Position numbers and translations under genes: made by a program. From positions 704,001 through 768,000 of the forward strand of contig CAVYGB010000010.1 in NCBI GenBank assembly GCA_963767925.1: a stretch of 64,000 bases of DNA, in the 5' to 3' direction. A model generated the notes under the pieces. That model was not told where the DNA came from and ran no database searches. It saw only the letters and a program-made list of their open reading frames with translations. This document shows positions 11,702-27,784 of this stretch, piece by piece (positions within the stretch are counted from its first letter, which is position 1; each line of letters opens with the position of its first letter). The stretch comes from an uncultured delta proteobacterium (lineage in GTDB: Bacteria > Myxococcota_A > Polyangia > Fen-1088).

Positions 11702-12573
11702 GCGCAGGCTGGATCGCACGCCGGACCTGGCGCCGCCTGCTCCATGGCAAGGCCTCCTTCGGCGCCCTGCTGGGCGCCTTCGCCCTGGTGGCCGGCCTCT
11801 ACGCGGGATCGCGGGCGCTCGCGCGGCAGAGCGCGCTGGCCGCTGCCCGCCTCGCCGACCAGGCCCACGTCATCGCTTACCTCGAGGCGGGCGCCGGCCC
11901 CGAGCAGACCCGCCCCCTGCGGGCTGCCCTCGCCCGCCTGCCCGGCGTCCGGGAGGTCCGCGAGGCCGACGGCGCCGCCGCCCTCACCCACCTCCGGCGC
12001 GAGCTCCTCGCCCTCGGGCAAGACGTCGCCCCGCTCGAGTCGATCGAGCCCGACTTCCTCCCCACCTCCCTCGAGATCGTGCTGCTGCCCGGCCCCGACC
12101 TGCCAGGACGGGCCCGCGACACCGCCGCCCGCCTGCGCCGCCAGGGGGGCGTCGTCGCGGTCGACGCGATGGCCGAGGGGCTGGGGCGGGCCGCCGCCTT
12201 CGGCGCGTTGACCGATCGCCTGGCGCGCCTGGTGGGGCTGGCCGCGCTGCTGGCGGCCGTCGCGCTGCTGGCCGGCCTGCTGCTGCTCGAACGCCGCCGC
12301 CGCCGGGCCGAGGCCGCCACCCTGGCCCTGCTCGGCGCGACCCCGCTGGCGATGCGGGTTCCGGCCGGCGCCCTCGCCGGCCTCGCCGCTCTCGCTGGCG
12401 GGGGCCTCGGGCTGCTGCTCGGTGGTCCGGCCGCCGACCTCCTGCTCGGCGTCCCCCGCTTCGGAGGCGCCGGCTCGGGCGGCGAGACCGTCCTGGTGCT
12501 CTTCGCCCTCGCCCTCCTCGGCCTCCTCGTCGGCTGGCTCTCGGTGCCCCGCCACGGCCCCTCGCTGCGATGA
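11698..12573 (+). CDS. ftsX: FtsX-like permease
   Basis: GTGA overlap with ftsE; TM, VIAYL..LPGVREV..FLPTSLEI extracellular domain, then further TMs. Confidence 0.75.
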   Translation: MSAGWIARRTWRRLLHGKASFGALLGAFALVAGLYAGSRALARQSALAAARLADQAHVIAYLEAGAGPEQTRPLRAALARLPGVREVREADGAAALTHLRRELLALGQDVAPLESIEPDFLPTSLEIVLLPGPDLPGRARDTAARLRRQGGVVAVDAMAEGLGRAAAFGALTDRLARLVGLAALLAAVALLAGLLLLERRRRRAEAATLALLGATPLAMRVPAGALAGLAALAGGGLGLLLGGPAADLLLGVPRFGGAGSGGETVLVLFALALLGLLVGWLSVPRHGPSLR

Positions 12574-13373
12574 CCCCCGCCTCCTCACCCCGGCGCTGGC
12601 CCGCCCGGCTGCTGCTGCTGCTCGCCGCCTTGCTGCCCGCCCGCCCGGCCGGTGCCGAGGCCGACCCGCTGGCCGATGCCCTCACCCGCGCCCGCACCCG
12701 CGAGGCGATCGGGGTCGAGCGCAGCGAGACCGCGCAGGCGCGGGCCCGTACCCAGGCGCTCGCCGCCTACCGCCTGGCCCGCCGGCGCGCCGCCACCTTC
12801 CTGGCCGACCCGCGCGGCCGCGCCGACAACGCCCGCGCGCTCGGCGCCGCCCTCCTGGTGCTCGCCCGCGAGGCCAGCGAGGCGGCCGTGTTTCGCGCCG
12901 AGCTCGCGCAGGCCCGCCACGACCGCGCGGGCCTGGAGAGCGCCGGTGCCACCTCGGCCACCACCACCGCCGATCGCCTACATGACGGCGACCTCCTGCT
13001 GTCGCCGGTGCGGGGCACCCGGGTGCGCGGGCCGGGCCTGCGGCGGGACGACGCGACCCTGGCCCTGCTGCGGGAGGAGGGGGTGCGCATCCTCAGCCGG
13101 CTGCACGAGCCGGTCCGGGCGCCCGCCGCCGCCCGGGTGCACAAGGTGGCCCCCCGGGCCCGGGGCGGCTTCGCCCTGGTGCTGGAGCACGGAGACGGCC
13201 TGGTCAGCATCCTGTCGGGGCTGCGCCAGGTGGACGTCGTCGAGGGCGCCCCGGTCGAGCGGGGTCAGCGGGTGGGCCTGGTGGGGCGGGACATCGACGG
13301 CGCGCCGGTCGTCTCCCTCGAGTTGTGGCAGCGCGGCAGGCCGATCGACCCCACCGCCCACCTCTCGCCCTGA
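12570..13373 (+). CDS. EnvC-like activator with a degenerate M23 peptidase domain
   Basis: ATGA overlap; signal peptide, helical region, VLEHGDGLVSILSGL..VxxGQRVGLVG..IDP; lacks HxH. Confidence 0.75.
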   Translation: MTPASSPRRWPARLLLLLAALLPARPAGAEADPLADALTRARTREAIGVERSETAQARARTQALAAYRLARRRAATFLADPRGRADNARALGAALLVLAREASEAAVFRAELAQARHDRAGLESAGATSATTTADRLHDGDLLLSPVRGTRVRGPGLRRDDATLALLREEGVRILSRLHEPVRAPAAARVHKVAPRARGGFALVLEHGDGLVSILSGLRQVDVVEGAPVERGQRVGLVGRDIDGAPVVSLELWQRGRPIDPTAHLSP

Positions 13374-13487
13374 CCGACGGAGGACCCCCGCGCGGCGACC
13401 CCGAGACCGGGAGCCGCGTGCCGGGTAAGCCCGGGGAAAACCGCCCTCGGCGTATCGGACCACCGGCCAGGGCTCTATAATTTGCCC

Positions 13488-14789
13488 ATGCCGATTGGGC
13501 CCAAGAGTCGTCTCCTCTGTCTGGGTCTGTGCACCGTGGCGGCGTTCGCCGGTGGCCTGGTGGCCAGCGGCCCGCTGCAGGCCGGGCGCTTCGATCCCTA
13601 CCGGAAGCTCAGCGTCTTCACCAAGGTGCTCTCGTACATCGAGAACAACTACGTCGAGAACATCTCCGAGGGCGACCTCATGTTCGGCGCCGCCCGGGGG
13701 CTGACCGACGTGCTCGATCCCCACTCGCGCTTCATGGACCCGGGGGAGTACGACCGGCTCAAGCGCGAGACCGAGGGAGACACGGAGGTCACCGGGATCG
13801 GCATCGACCTCGAGCGGCGCAAGAAAGGCCTGGTGGTTGTCTCGCCCATCGAGGGCTCACCGGCCTGGAAGGCGGGGGTCGAGCCGGGCGACGCCATCCG
13901 CCGCATCGACGGCACCGACGCCGAGGCGCTGGAGTGGGAGGACGCCGTGGCCCGCATCCAGGGCGCGGCCGGCAGCGAGGTGGTCCTCGTCGTCGATCGG
14001 CGGGGCAAGGAGCTCACCTTCCGCATCCGGCGCGAGCGCTTCGAGGTCCGCTCGGTCGAGGGCCGGGTGCTCGAGGACGGCTACGGTTACGTGAAGATCC
14101 GCATCTTCTCCTCGAACACCGATACCAAGCTGGTCGAGGCCCTGGAAGAGGTGAAGAAGAAGTCCGAGCCGGGCGGCCTGCGGGGCCTCATCCTCGACCT
14201 GCGCCGCAACCCGGGGGGGCTGCTCGATCAGGGCGTGCGGGTGGCCGACCGCTTCCTGAGCGAGGGCATGATCGTCCGCACCGTGGGCAAGGCCGGTCGG
14301 GAGATGGATCGGCAGATGGCCCACGCCCGCGGCACCTGGAGCGGCTTTCCCATGGTGGTGCTCGTCGACGGCGCCACCGCCTCGGCCGCCGAGATCGTGG
14401 CCGGGGCCCTGCAGGACCACCAGCGCGCCGTCATCATGGGGACCCAGAGCTTCGGCAAGGGGTCGGTCCAGACGGTCATGGAGATCGACGGCTGCGGGCC
14501 CAAACCCTGCGGCCTCAAGCTCACGGTGTCCCGCTACTACACGCCGAGCGGCCGCTCCATCCAGAACCACGGCATCACCCCCGACGTGCTGGTCGACACA
14601 ACCCCGCCACCCGAGGGGTCCCCCGACGACATCTTGCGAGAGAAGAACTACCAGCGGCACCTGCGCGACGAGAAGGCCAACACCCCTCCCCCCACCCGCA
14701 AGCGGCTGGCCGACCACCAGCTCCAGGTGGCCCTCGAATACCTGCGCTCCTGGGCGGTCTTCCAGAAACAGGCCGGCAAAAAGGGGTAG
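13488..14789 (+). CDS. ctpA: S41 carboxy-terminal processing protease (PDZ)
   Basis: LDPHSRFM, LILDLRRNPGGLL, TASAAEIVAGALQD, FGKGSVQ. Confidence 0.93.
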   Translation: MPIGPKSRLLCLGLCTVAAFAGGLVASGPLQAGRFDPYRKLSVFTKVLSYIENNYVENISEGDLMFGAARGLTDVLDPHSRFMDPGEYDRLKRETEGDTEVTGIGIDLERRKKGLVVVSPIEGSPAWKAGVEPGDAIRRIDGTDAEALEWEDAVARIQGAAGSEVVLVVDRRGKELTFRIRRERFEVRSVEGRVLEDGYGYVKIRIFSSNTDTKLVEALEEVKKKSEPGGLRGLILDLRRNPGGLLDQGVRVADRFLSEGMIVRTVGKAGREMDRQMAHARGTWSGFPMVVLVDGATASAAEIVAGALQDHQRAVIMGTQSFGKGSVQTVMEIDGCGPKPCGLKLTVSRYYTPSGRSIQNHGITPDVLVDTTPPPEGSPDDILREKNYQRHLRDEKANTPPPTRKRLADHQLQVALEYLRSWAVFQKQAGKKG

Positions 14790-14928
14790 AGACAGGGGTA
14801 GAGACACGGGTCAGAGGCAGCGCGAGCCAGGCATTGTGAACTCGAGCGACCAGGTGTAATACGACGCCTGTCCCTGGCGGGCCCGGCCCGCCTCCCGAAC
14901 GCAGAGAACTCCTGGCAGGGAGGTCGTC

Positions 14929-15975
14929 ATGATCCGATGTGGCAAGTGCGGGCATTCGAATCTGCCGAGCTTCCCCAACTGTTCGAAGTGCGGGGCCTCG
15001 CTGGTGGGTGGGGCCTCGGTGGCCGTCCCCGACGACCACGCCCTCCGCTTCGCGGCCGAGCGCGAGGCAGCGGGCAGGCGCAAACGCGTCATGTTCATGG
15101 CCGCCGCGCTGGTGGCGCTGGGGGTGTTCGCCTGGCGCTGGTTCGCCGACGCCCGGGCCAAGGACGACACCCAGGCCAAGCTCGACTTCGCCGGCCGCTG
15201 GATCGAGCTCGAGAAGCGGGAGATGGGCCTGGTGTGGAACTGTGTGATGGCCAGCGAAGTGGACATCGGCATGTTCTCCAACGCCAACCAGGTCCAGCAG
15301 AAGATCGAGTCGGCCTTCGCCACCCAGCAGAAGACCTTCTCCGATCACCTGCTGACCGAATGTGTCCCCAAGATGGAGCGGGCCCGCCAGGCCTTCGGGG
15401 GCCTGCCGGGCGGCCCGGACGAGCTCGAGAAGCCGCTCGCCGATTACCAGGCCACCTTGCCCGAGCTGCAAAAGGGGGTCGAGCTGTACGCCGAGCGGAT
15501 CAAGAACCGCGGCGTCACCAAGAGCCTCGACCAGCTCATCCAGGAGCACGGCAGCGCCTGGCACCAGGAGATGAGCCCCACCGCCGGCACCATCGCCTTC
15601 GAGCGGTTCATGCACTGCGCGGTGCCCGGGCTGGCGGGGATGAAAGACGCCCAGCACATGCTCGAGTACCTGGCCGACGCCTGTTACAAGAAGGATCCGG
15701 TCAAGTTCATGGACCGCGTGCGCAGCCAGTGCGGCCCCCTGCTCGAGAGCCCCGACCCCAAGGCTGCCCCGGCCAAGAGCTACAAGCTGACGCAAAAGCG
15801 CTTTTACGAGGAAGAGGCCCGGCAGCTCCAGGCCTGGGATAGCTGCGGGCGGCGGGCGAACAAGGGCAAGAAGGGCGACGACCTGGGCGAGTTCCTCACC
15901 GCGCTGGGCAACTACATGAAGGCGCGCTTCGAGGTGAAGAAGGCCGCCCAGGCCCTCGAAGACGCGCGCAGCTAG
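14929..15975 (+). CDS. Hypothetical membrane-anchored protein with N-terminal double Zn ribbon
   Basis: CGKCG..CSKCG, one TM, Cys-containing helical ectodomain; GGAGG RBS. Confidence 0.75.
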   Translation: MIRCGKCGHSNLPSFPNCSKCGASLVGGASVAVPDDHALRFAAEREAAGRRKRVMFMAAALVALGVFAWRWFADARAKDDTQAKLDFAGRWIELEKREMGLVWNCVMASEVDIGMFSNANQVQQKIESAFATQQKTFSDHLLTECVPKMERARQAFGGLPGGPDELEKPLADYQATLPELQKGVELYAERIKNRGVTKSLDQLIQEHGSAWHQEMSPTAGTIAFERFMHCAVPGLAGMKDAQHMLEYLADACYKKDPVKFMDRVRSQCGPLLESPDPKAAPAKSYKLTQKRFYEEEARQLQAWDSCGRRANKGKKGDDLGEFLTALGNYMKARFEVKKAAQALEDARS

Positions 15976-16137
15976 CTCGCCGCGCCCGGCAATCGCCCGT
16001 CCGGCGACCCGGATCGCCAGACGCGCCCGGACGCCGGCCCCTGGGGCCGGAGAACATTTTTTCGGCCGGTTGCCCGGTCAGACAGCACACCGTTGCTTTT
16101 GGGGAGGGCCAGTCGGTGTTAGGCTAAGGGTCCCCCC

Positions 16138-16842
16138 GTGGCGCTCGCAAACGCGTCCCAGCCTCGTGCCCTCGTGCTCGGCCTGCAGGTTCTCTGGGGC
16201 CTGGGCTGCGGCGATCCCATGGTGCCGAGCGATTATTCGGGGCCGCCCGCGGCGACGGTGGCGGGCAACGTCCTCGGCGAGTTGCCCGCCCTGCGGAACG
16301 CCCAGGAGCCGGCCTTCTCGCTCGAGTGGCTCACGACCCGCGAGCCGAGCGATCCGCTCGTGAGCCAGCCGCTGCAGTTCGAGCGCTCCGATCGCCACCA
16401 CGAATGGAACATCGGGGTCGAGCAGCCCACCGCCCGGGCCCGCCTCGATCTCAGCCTGGCCACCTCCGACGACGTGCGCTTCGCGGTGGGCAAGATGGTC
16501 TACTTCGACGACGGCCGCAACGACGGACGGCTCGACTGGAGGTGCCTCGGCACCACCGGCTGCGATCAGGTGAAGGCGGTCAGCGCGGAGTTCATCGTCT
16601 TCGTCGAGCGCGCCCCCACCTGCCAGCCGATCGGCGGCGGCCCCCTGCGCCCCCGCCTGAGCCCCGGCTTTCACTACTACCACCTCGATCAAGGGCTCCT
16701 GCGCGAGTCGACCCCCGGCGAGCCACTCACCTTCGTCCCCACCATCCGCTCGCTCGCCGACAGCAACCCGACCAACGAGCTGCGCGCCTTCGCCGACTAC
16801 CTCATCGCTCGCTGGCGCGGCACCGCCCTCGACGGGTGCTGA
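16138..16842 (+). CDS. Hypothetical lipoprotein
   Basis: LGC lipobox; coding-like GC3. Confidence 0.65.
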   Translation: MALANASQPRALVLGLQVLWGLGCGDPMVPSDYSGPPAATVAGNVLGELPALRNAQEPAFSLEWLTTREPSDPLVSQPLQFERSDRHHEWNIGVEQPTARARLDLSLATSDDVRFAVGKMVYFDDGRNDGRLDWRCLGTTGCDQVKAVSAEFIVFVERAPTCQPIGGGPLRPRLSPGFHYYHLDQGLLRESTPGEPLTFVPTIRSLADSNPTNELRAFADYLIARWRGTALDGC

Positions 16843-17060
16843 CAACCTGGCGCGTGGCGCCCCCACGCGCAGGTGTGCAGACGACTGCTGAGATCGCGTA
16901 CCCGCTGTAGGCGATCTGTAACCGTGCCGTCGCCCGCCTCCTACCAGGGCTTTCCATCCAGCCTTTGACAGGGTGGGGATCGGGTCCTATCGTGGTGGCC
17001 TCGTCCGACCGCTCCCGTCCGCGTGCTCCACTGGCTCGGACGTTGTACAAGGGTGCACCC

Positions 17061-20775
<3,715 letters not shown>

Positions 20776-20792
20776 AGCGCGAGGAGAGAACG

Positions 20793-22691
<1,899 letters not shown>

Positions 22692-22740
22692 CGGCTCGAA
22701 ACGGCTGGGCGCGAGGGGCCCGTTGTGCTGTACTAGGTCG

Positions 22741-24597
22741 ATGCCTCCGTCCCGACCCGGGGCGTCGGCGCCTCTGGCAGCACGACGGCTCCCATTCCAG
22801 CAGCACCAGGTGGGGCTCGCGGCGGTCCGTGTGGCAATGGCGACGATGGCGGCGACCATCGTGGCGACGTCGACGGCATGTACCCCTCCGCTGCCGGAGC
22901 TCCCTCGGCCCGGAGCCGGCTCCGATCCGCGTCGGGATGGCGCCACCCCCGACGCGCGCAGCGACGGACCGCCCCCTCGCGACGCGGCTCGGTCCGCGCC
23001 CGACGGCGCCGCGCCCGATGCGCCCGCGGCGGTCAGCCCCCTGGTCCGGATCGATCCGCCCGGGCGAATGTTCACGGGGACCCAGCTCGTCAAGCTCTCC
23101 GGTGGTCTCCCGGGATCGACGATCCACTACACGACCGACGGCAGCTTGCCCACCCGGTCGGGCACCATCTACAGCGCGCCGCTGACCCTCACCGCCAGCG
23201 CGCTGGTCCGCGCGGTCGCGCTCACCGCCACCCCACCGGCCGCGCCACCCATCAGCGCGGCCCCCTTCGTGCAGGTGGCCGAGGAGCTGGCGAGCTGGAG
23301 CTCCGACCTGCCGGTGGTTGTGGTCCACACCCACGCCTCGGGCACGATTCCCGTCGTGCGCGAGGGCGCCCTCCGCCCGGGCTCGATCACCGTGCTCGAC
23401 CCGGCCTCCGGCCTGGCCGGGCGGAGCTGGCTGTCGGGCTTCCCCAGCCTCGTGTCGCGGGCGGGGGTGCGCCTGCGCGGCGAGAGCTCCCTGTATTTCC
23501 CCCAGAAGAGCTACTCGATCGAGCTGTGGTCCCCCGGGGCCGACACCGACACCGACGGCGTCCTGCTCGGGCTGCCCGCCGAGGCCGACTTCGCCCTCGT
23601 GGGGGCGGGGTTCACCGACCGCAGCCTCATGCGCAACGCCCTGGCCTACGCCCTCAGCAACCAGATCGGACGCTACGCCGCGCGCACCCGCTTCGTGGAG
23701 GTGTTCGTCGTCGAGGGCGGCGACACCCTGGTCCCTGGCGACTACCGGGGCGTCTTCACCCTCGCCGAGAACATCAAGCGCAGCCCCAGCCGGGTCAACG
23801 TGGCCGAGCTGGGCGCCGCCGACCAGCGCGATCCCGCCGTCACCGGCGGCTACACCCTGCGCATCGACAAGGGGACCAACCACTTTACCGCCGCCTCCTT
23901 CCCCTTCCAGTACGTCTACCCGCGCTGGGACGACATCGGCCAGCCGGCCTGGTCCGCCCAGCGCACCTACCTGCAGGGGTACGTCGGCGAGTTCCTCGAG
24001 GCCCTGGCCCAGCCCGGGTTCCGCCACCCCCGCACCAACCGCCTCTACAGCAGCTACATCGACGTCCCGGCCTTCATCGACCACAACCTGATGACGGTCC
24101 TGTTCAAGAACGTCGACGGCCTGCGGATCTCGGCCTACTTCCACAAGAACCGCGGCGGCCCCCTGGTGGCCGGTCCGGTCTGGGACTTCGACCGCTCCTC
24201 GGGCACCCCCTTCGACGCCGACTTCTCGGCCAACCCCCGTCCGGCCGAGCCGCGGGAGTGGGCCACCGGCGACGGCACCCACCCCCTGCAGTGGGGGTTC
24301 TGGCGACAGCTCTTCAACGAGCCGACCTTCAAGGCGACCCACGCCCGCCGCTGGGGCGAGCTGACCCGGGGCCCCTTCTCGGTCGAGAGCGTGCACCGCC
24401 TGATCGACGGCTTCGCCGCCCAGCTCGCCGAGGCCCAGGGCCGTCACTTCGAGCGCTGGCCCGACCTGCCCCCCAGCGGCGGCGCCCACGCCGGCGAGGT
24501 CAAGCTGCTCAAGGATTGGTTCGCCGCCCGCATCCCCTGGGTCAACGGCCAGCTCCAGCCCCCGGCCGCCCCCACCGCCGGCCCGCCCCCCCTCTGA
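22741..24597 (+). CDS. CotH kinase family secreted protein with Fn3-associated domain
   Basis: IHYTTDGSLP, LRGESS..PQKSY, DRSLMRN, AGPVWDFD; start may be 22837. Confidence 0.85.
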   Translation: MPPSRPGASAPLAARRLPFQQHQVGLAAVRVAMATMAATIVATSTACTPPLPELPRPGAGSDPRRDGATPDARSDGPPPRDAARSAPDGAAPDAPAAVSPLVRIDPPGRMFTGTQLVKLSGGLPGSTIHYTTDGSLPTRSGTIYSAPLTLTASALVRAVALTATPPAAPPISAAPFVQVAEELASWSSDLPVVVVHTHASGTIPVVREGALRPGSITVLDPASGLAGRSWLSGFPSLVSRAGVRLRGESSLYFPQKSYSIELWSPGADTDTDGVLLGLPAEADFALVGAGFTDRSLMRNALAYALSNQIGRYAARTRFVEVFVVEGGDTLVPGDYRGVFTLAENIKRSPSRVNVAELGAADQRDPAVTGGYTLRIDKGTNHFTAASFPFQYVYPRWDDIGQPAWSAQRTYLQGYVGEFLEALAQPGFRHPRTNRLYSSYIDVPAFIDHNLMTVLFKNVDGLRISAYFHKNRGGPLVAGPVWDFDRSSGTPFDADFSANPRPAEPREWATGDGTHPLQWGFWRQLFNEPTFKATHARRWGELTRGPFSVESVHRLIDGFAAQLAEAQGRHFERWPDLPPSGGAHAGEVKLLKDWFAARIPWVNGQLQPPAAPTAGPPPL

Positions 24598-24649
24598 GAA
24601 GTGCGCCGGGTGCGCCGGCGCGCCGACTGCCAGGCGGCCGGGAAGCCGA

Positions 24650-25975
24650 TCAGGCGGCGGAGCCGGCCTCGGCCACCGGCTCCTCGGGCGGCGGCGGCGG
24701 GATGATCCGGACGCGCCGGACCGTCCGCACGGTGGCGTCGAGCACCACCAGGATGACGCCGTCGTTGGCCGCCAGGCGCGCGCCCCGGTTGGGGATGCCC
24801 CCCGCCAGCTTGGTGCACAGCCCGGCCAGCGTCGTGACGTCGGAGGGGGCCTCCAGCTCGATGCCCAGCTCCCGGTTGATCTCCCGGATGGCGACGTCGC
24901 CGCGCACGGTGGCCGAGCCGTCGGCCGCCTTCACGATCTGCTGGGGATCGATCTCGTGCTCGGAGAACACGTCGCCCACGATCTCCTCGATGAGATCCTC
25001 GAAGGTCACCAGCCCCGACAGGGCCCCGTGCTCGTCGACGGCGATGGCCAGGCGCTGGTGCTCGCGCCGCATGAAGCGCAGCACCTCGATGGCCTGCACC
25101 GTCTCGGGGAACACCTTCACCGGCCGGAGCAGATCGTGCAGCACGAACAGCTTGCCCTCCCAGGCCAGGGCCACGATGTCCTTGGCGCTCACGTAGCCCA
25201 CGACGTTGTCGAGGGTCCCGTCGTACACCGGCACGCGCGAGCGGCGCTCCTCCAGCAAGAACCGGCGCACCTCCTCCTGGCCGGCGTGGACCGGCAGGGC
25301 GTCGATCCGGTTGCGGGGGATCATGGCGTCCTTGAGCTGGAGCTTGTCGAACTCCAGCGCACGCGAGGCGATCTCGCTGGCGTGTTCGTGCAGGGCTCCC
25401 GTCTCGGCCGCCTCCTCCACCATCTGCTGCAGCTCCTCCTTGGAGATGCGGGCCTCCATGAAGTTCGTCCGGTCGGCGAAGGGACGCAACACGATGTTCG
25501 AGCTCGTGGTGAGCAACCAGACCAGGGGACGGGCCAGCCAGGCCAGCCCCAGCAGCGGCCGGGCCATCAGCAGGGCGTAGGTCTCGTTGAAGCGCAGGGC
25601 CAGCGACTTGGGGACCAGCTCGCCCAGCACGAGCGACAGGTACGAGATCCCGACGACGACGATCACGAGGGCCACGCTCTCGGCGCGTGGGCCGATCCAG
25701 GGCAGGTGCACGAGCAGCCCGGCGATGTCCGAGGCGATCTCCGAGCCGCCGATGGCCGCCGCGGTGGTGCCCACCAGGGTGATGCCGACCTGGACCGTCG
25801 CCAGGAAGACCTCCGGCAGCGCGCGCAGATCGGCCAGGGCCTGGGCACCCAGCCGACCCTCCTCGACGAGTTGCTGAACCCGGGTGCGGCGGATGGAGAC
25901 GACGGCGATCTCGGCTCCGGACAGTGCGCCATTCACGAGAACCAGAGCCACGATGATCGCGATTTCGGTGAGTAT
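24650..25975 (-). CDS. Hemolysin/CNNM family protein (DUF21-CBS-CorC)
   Basis: LVNGALSGAEIA, FLATVQVGIT, LGELVPKSLA, VDEHG..GLVTFEDLIEEIVG; start is ATA 25975 or GTG 25951. Confidence 0.9.
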   Translation of the reverse strand: MLTEIAIIVALVLVNGALSGAEIAVVSIRRTRVQQLVEEGRLGAQALADLRALPEVFLATVQVGITLVGTTAAAIGGSEIASDIAGLLVHLPWIGPRAESVALVIVVVGISYLSLVLGELVPKSLALRFNETYALLMARPLLGLAWLARPLVWLLTTSSNIVLRPFADRTNFMEARISKEELQQMVEEAAETGALHEHASEIASRALEFDKLQLKDAMIPRNRIDALPVHAGQEEVRRFLLEERRSRVPVYDGTLDNVVGYVSAKDIVALAWEGKLFVLHDLLRPVKVFPETVQAIEVLRFMRREHQRLAIAVDEHGALSGLVTFEDLIEEIVGDVFSEHEIDPQQIVKAADGSATVRGDVAIREINRELGIELEAPSDVTTLAGLCTKLAGGIPNRGARLAANDGVILVVLDATVRTVRRVRIIPPPPPEEPVAEAGSAA

Positions 25976-26107
25976 GACCGGGACCTCCGGGCGACATCAT
26001 GCCGGACGGCCGCCCGGGAGGCCAGCGGGGGGCCCTCCAGGACCGGGGGTCCCCTTGACGGGCCGACGTCGCGAGGCGACGCTGAAGGCGGCGAGGCAGA
26101 AACGCAC

Positions 26108-27784
26108 ATGAAACGAGCACCCCTGGACACCACGTCCCTTGATGGCCCGGGATCGCCCCGAAACCTTCCCGACCCACCCGCGCACACCCCGGCGCCATCC
26201 CCCGCCGCGCTCACCCGCCGCGACCTGTTGCGGGCCGCGCAGGCGGTCGGTGTGGCGAGCGTGACCGCCGGCCCCTTCGCGGGCTGCGACTCCGGCGAAG
26301 CGCCCGGGCCGCTCGATCTGTTCCAGCACGGCGTCGCCAGCGGCGATCCCCTCCCCGACGGCGTGATCCTCTGGACGCGGGTCAGCCCGCTCACCGCCGG
26401 CACGGTGGAGGTCACCTGGGAGATCGCCGCCGACTCCGGCTTCGAGCCGGTGCTCGCCACGGGCAGCGCCGAGGCCAGCGCCGAGCGCGATTACACGGTG
26501 AAGGTCGACGTCGGCGGCCTCGCGCCGGCCCGTACCTATTTCTATCGTTTCCGGGGTCAGCTCCAGACCTCCCCCGTCGGTCGCACCCGCACCGCGCCCG
26601 CCGGCGCCACCGCCCGCGCTCGCTTCGGGGTGGCCTCCTGCTCGAGCTACGCCCAGGGCTATTTCCACGCCTACCGCGCGCTCTCGGGGCGCGCCGACCT
26701 CGACGCTGTCATCCACCTCGGCGACTACATCTATGAATCGGGCCCCGGTCAGTTCGGCGGCGAGCGCCCCATCGAGCCGCCCCGGGAGGCCACCACCCTC
26801 GCCGACTACCGCACCCGCCACGCCCAGTACAAGCGCGATCCCGACCTGCAGGCGGTGCACCGGCAGCACCCCTTCATCTGCGTCTGGGACGATCACGAGA
26901 GCGCCAACAACTCCTGGAAGGACGGGGCCATCAACCACCAGCCCGACGAGGGGAGCTGGGCCGATCGCAAGGCGGCCGCCCAGCGGGCCTACGCCGAGTG
27001 GATGCCGATCCGCGACCAGGGGGATCCCGCCCGCATCTGGCGCAAGCTGGCCTGGGGCGACCTCGCCGATCTCATCCTGCTCGACACGCGGATGTGGGCC
27101 CGCACCACCAGCAGCACGGTGGTGCTCGGCGCCGTCCCCTCCGAAGATCCCGGGGCCACCCTGCTGGGCGACGACCAGGCTGCCTGGCTCGAGGAGCAGA
27201 TCCGCGGCTCGACCGCCCGCTGGAAGCTTATCGGGCAGCAGGTCATGGTGGCCAACCTGATCCTGTCGCCGGGCATGATCGTGAACCTCGACCAGTGGCA
27301 CGGCTACCCCGCCTCCCGGCGCCGCTTCCTCGACTTCCTGCGCACCTCCGCCGCCAGCAACGTGGTCGTGTTGACCGGCGACCTGCACAGCTCCTGGGCC
27401 AGCGAGCTGGTGCTCGACCCCACCGATCGGGCGCAATACGATCCGGCCACCGGCCGGGGCGCGCTGGCGGTCGAGTTCGTGGCCCCCGGCATCACCAGCC
27501 CCGGCCTGCCGCCGACCTTCCTGAGCCTCGTCGATTCGGCCCGACCCTTCAACCCCCACCTGCGCTGGTTCGATCTCACCAAGCAGGGCTACCTGGTGGT
27601 CGACGTGCTCCCCGAGCGCGTGCAGGCCGCCTGGTACCTCTACGCCAACATCAAGCTCCCCCAGGAGACCGCCGAGACCTTCGCCGCCGCCTGGTCAGTC
27701 CCCACCGGCACCCTCCGCCTGCAGCAAGACGAAGCCGCCGCCCCCGCCCCCGAGACCCCCCCACCACTCGCCCCCGCGGGTTAG
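26108..27784 (+). CDS. phoD: Alkaline phosphatase D family, Tat substrate
   Basis: LTRRDLL, FQHGVASGDP..ILWTR, HLGDYIYE, WDDHE, LTGDLH. Confidence 0.92.
   Translation: MKRAPLDTTSLDGPGSPRNLPDPPAHTPAPSPAALTRRDLLRAAQAVGVASVTAGPFAGCDSGEAPGPLDLFQHGVASGDPLPDGVILWTRVSPLTAGTVEVTWEIAADSGFEPVLATGSAEASAERDYTVKVDVGGLAPARTYFYRFRGQLQTSPVGRTRTAPAGATARARFGVASCSSYAQGYFHAYRALSGRADLDAVIHLGDYIYESGPGQFGGERPIEPPREATTLADYRTRHAQYKRDPDLQAVHRQHPFICVWDDHESANNSWKDGAINHQPDEGSWADRKAAAQRAYAEWMPIRDQGDPARIWRKLAWGDLADLILLDTRMWARTTSSTVVLGAVPSEDPGATLLGDDQAAWLEEQIRGSTARWKLIGQQVMVANLILSPGMIVNLDQWHGYPASRRRFLDFLRTSAASNVVVLTGDLHSSWASELVLDPTDRAQYDPATGRGALAVEFVAPGITSPGLPPTFLSLVDSARPFNPHLRWFDLTKQGYLVVDVLPERVQAAWYLYANIKLPQETAETFAAAWSVPTGTLRLQQDEAAAPAPETPPPLAPAG

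Noticed and set aside
12570..13373. Missing Zn ligands in the M23 domain as a novelty
   Set aside because: Normal for EnvC-type activators
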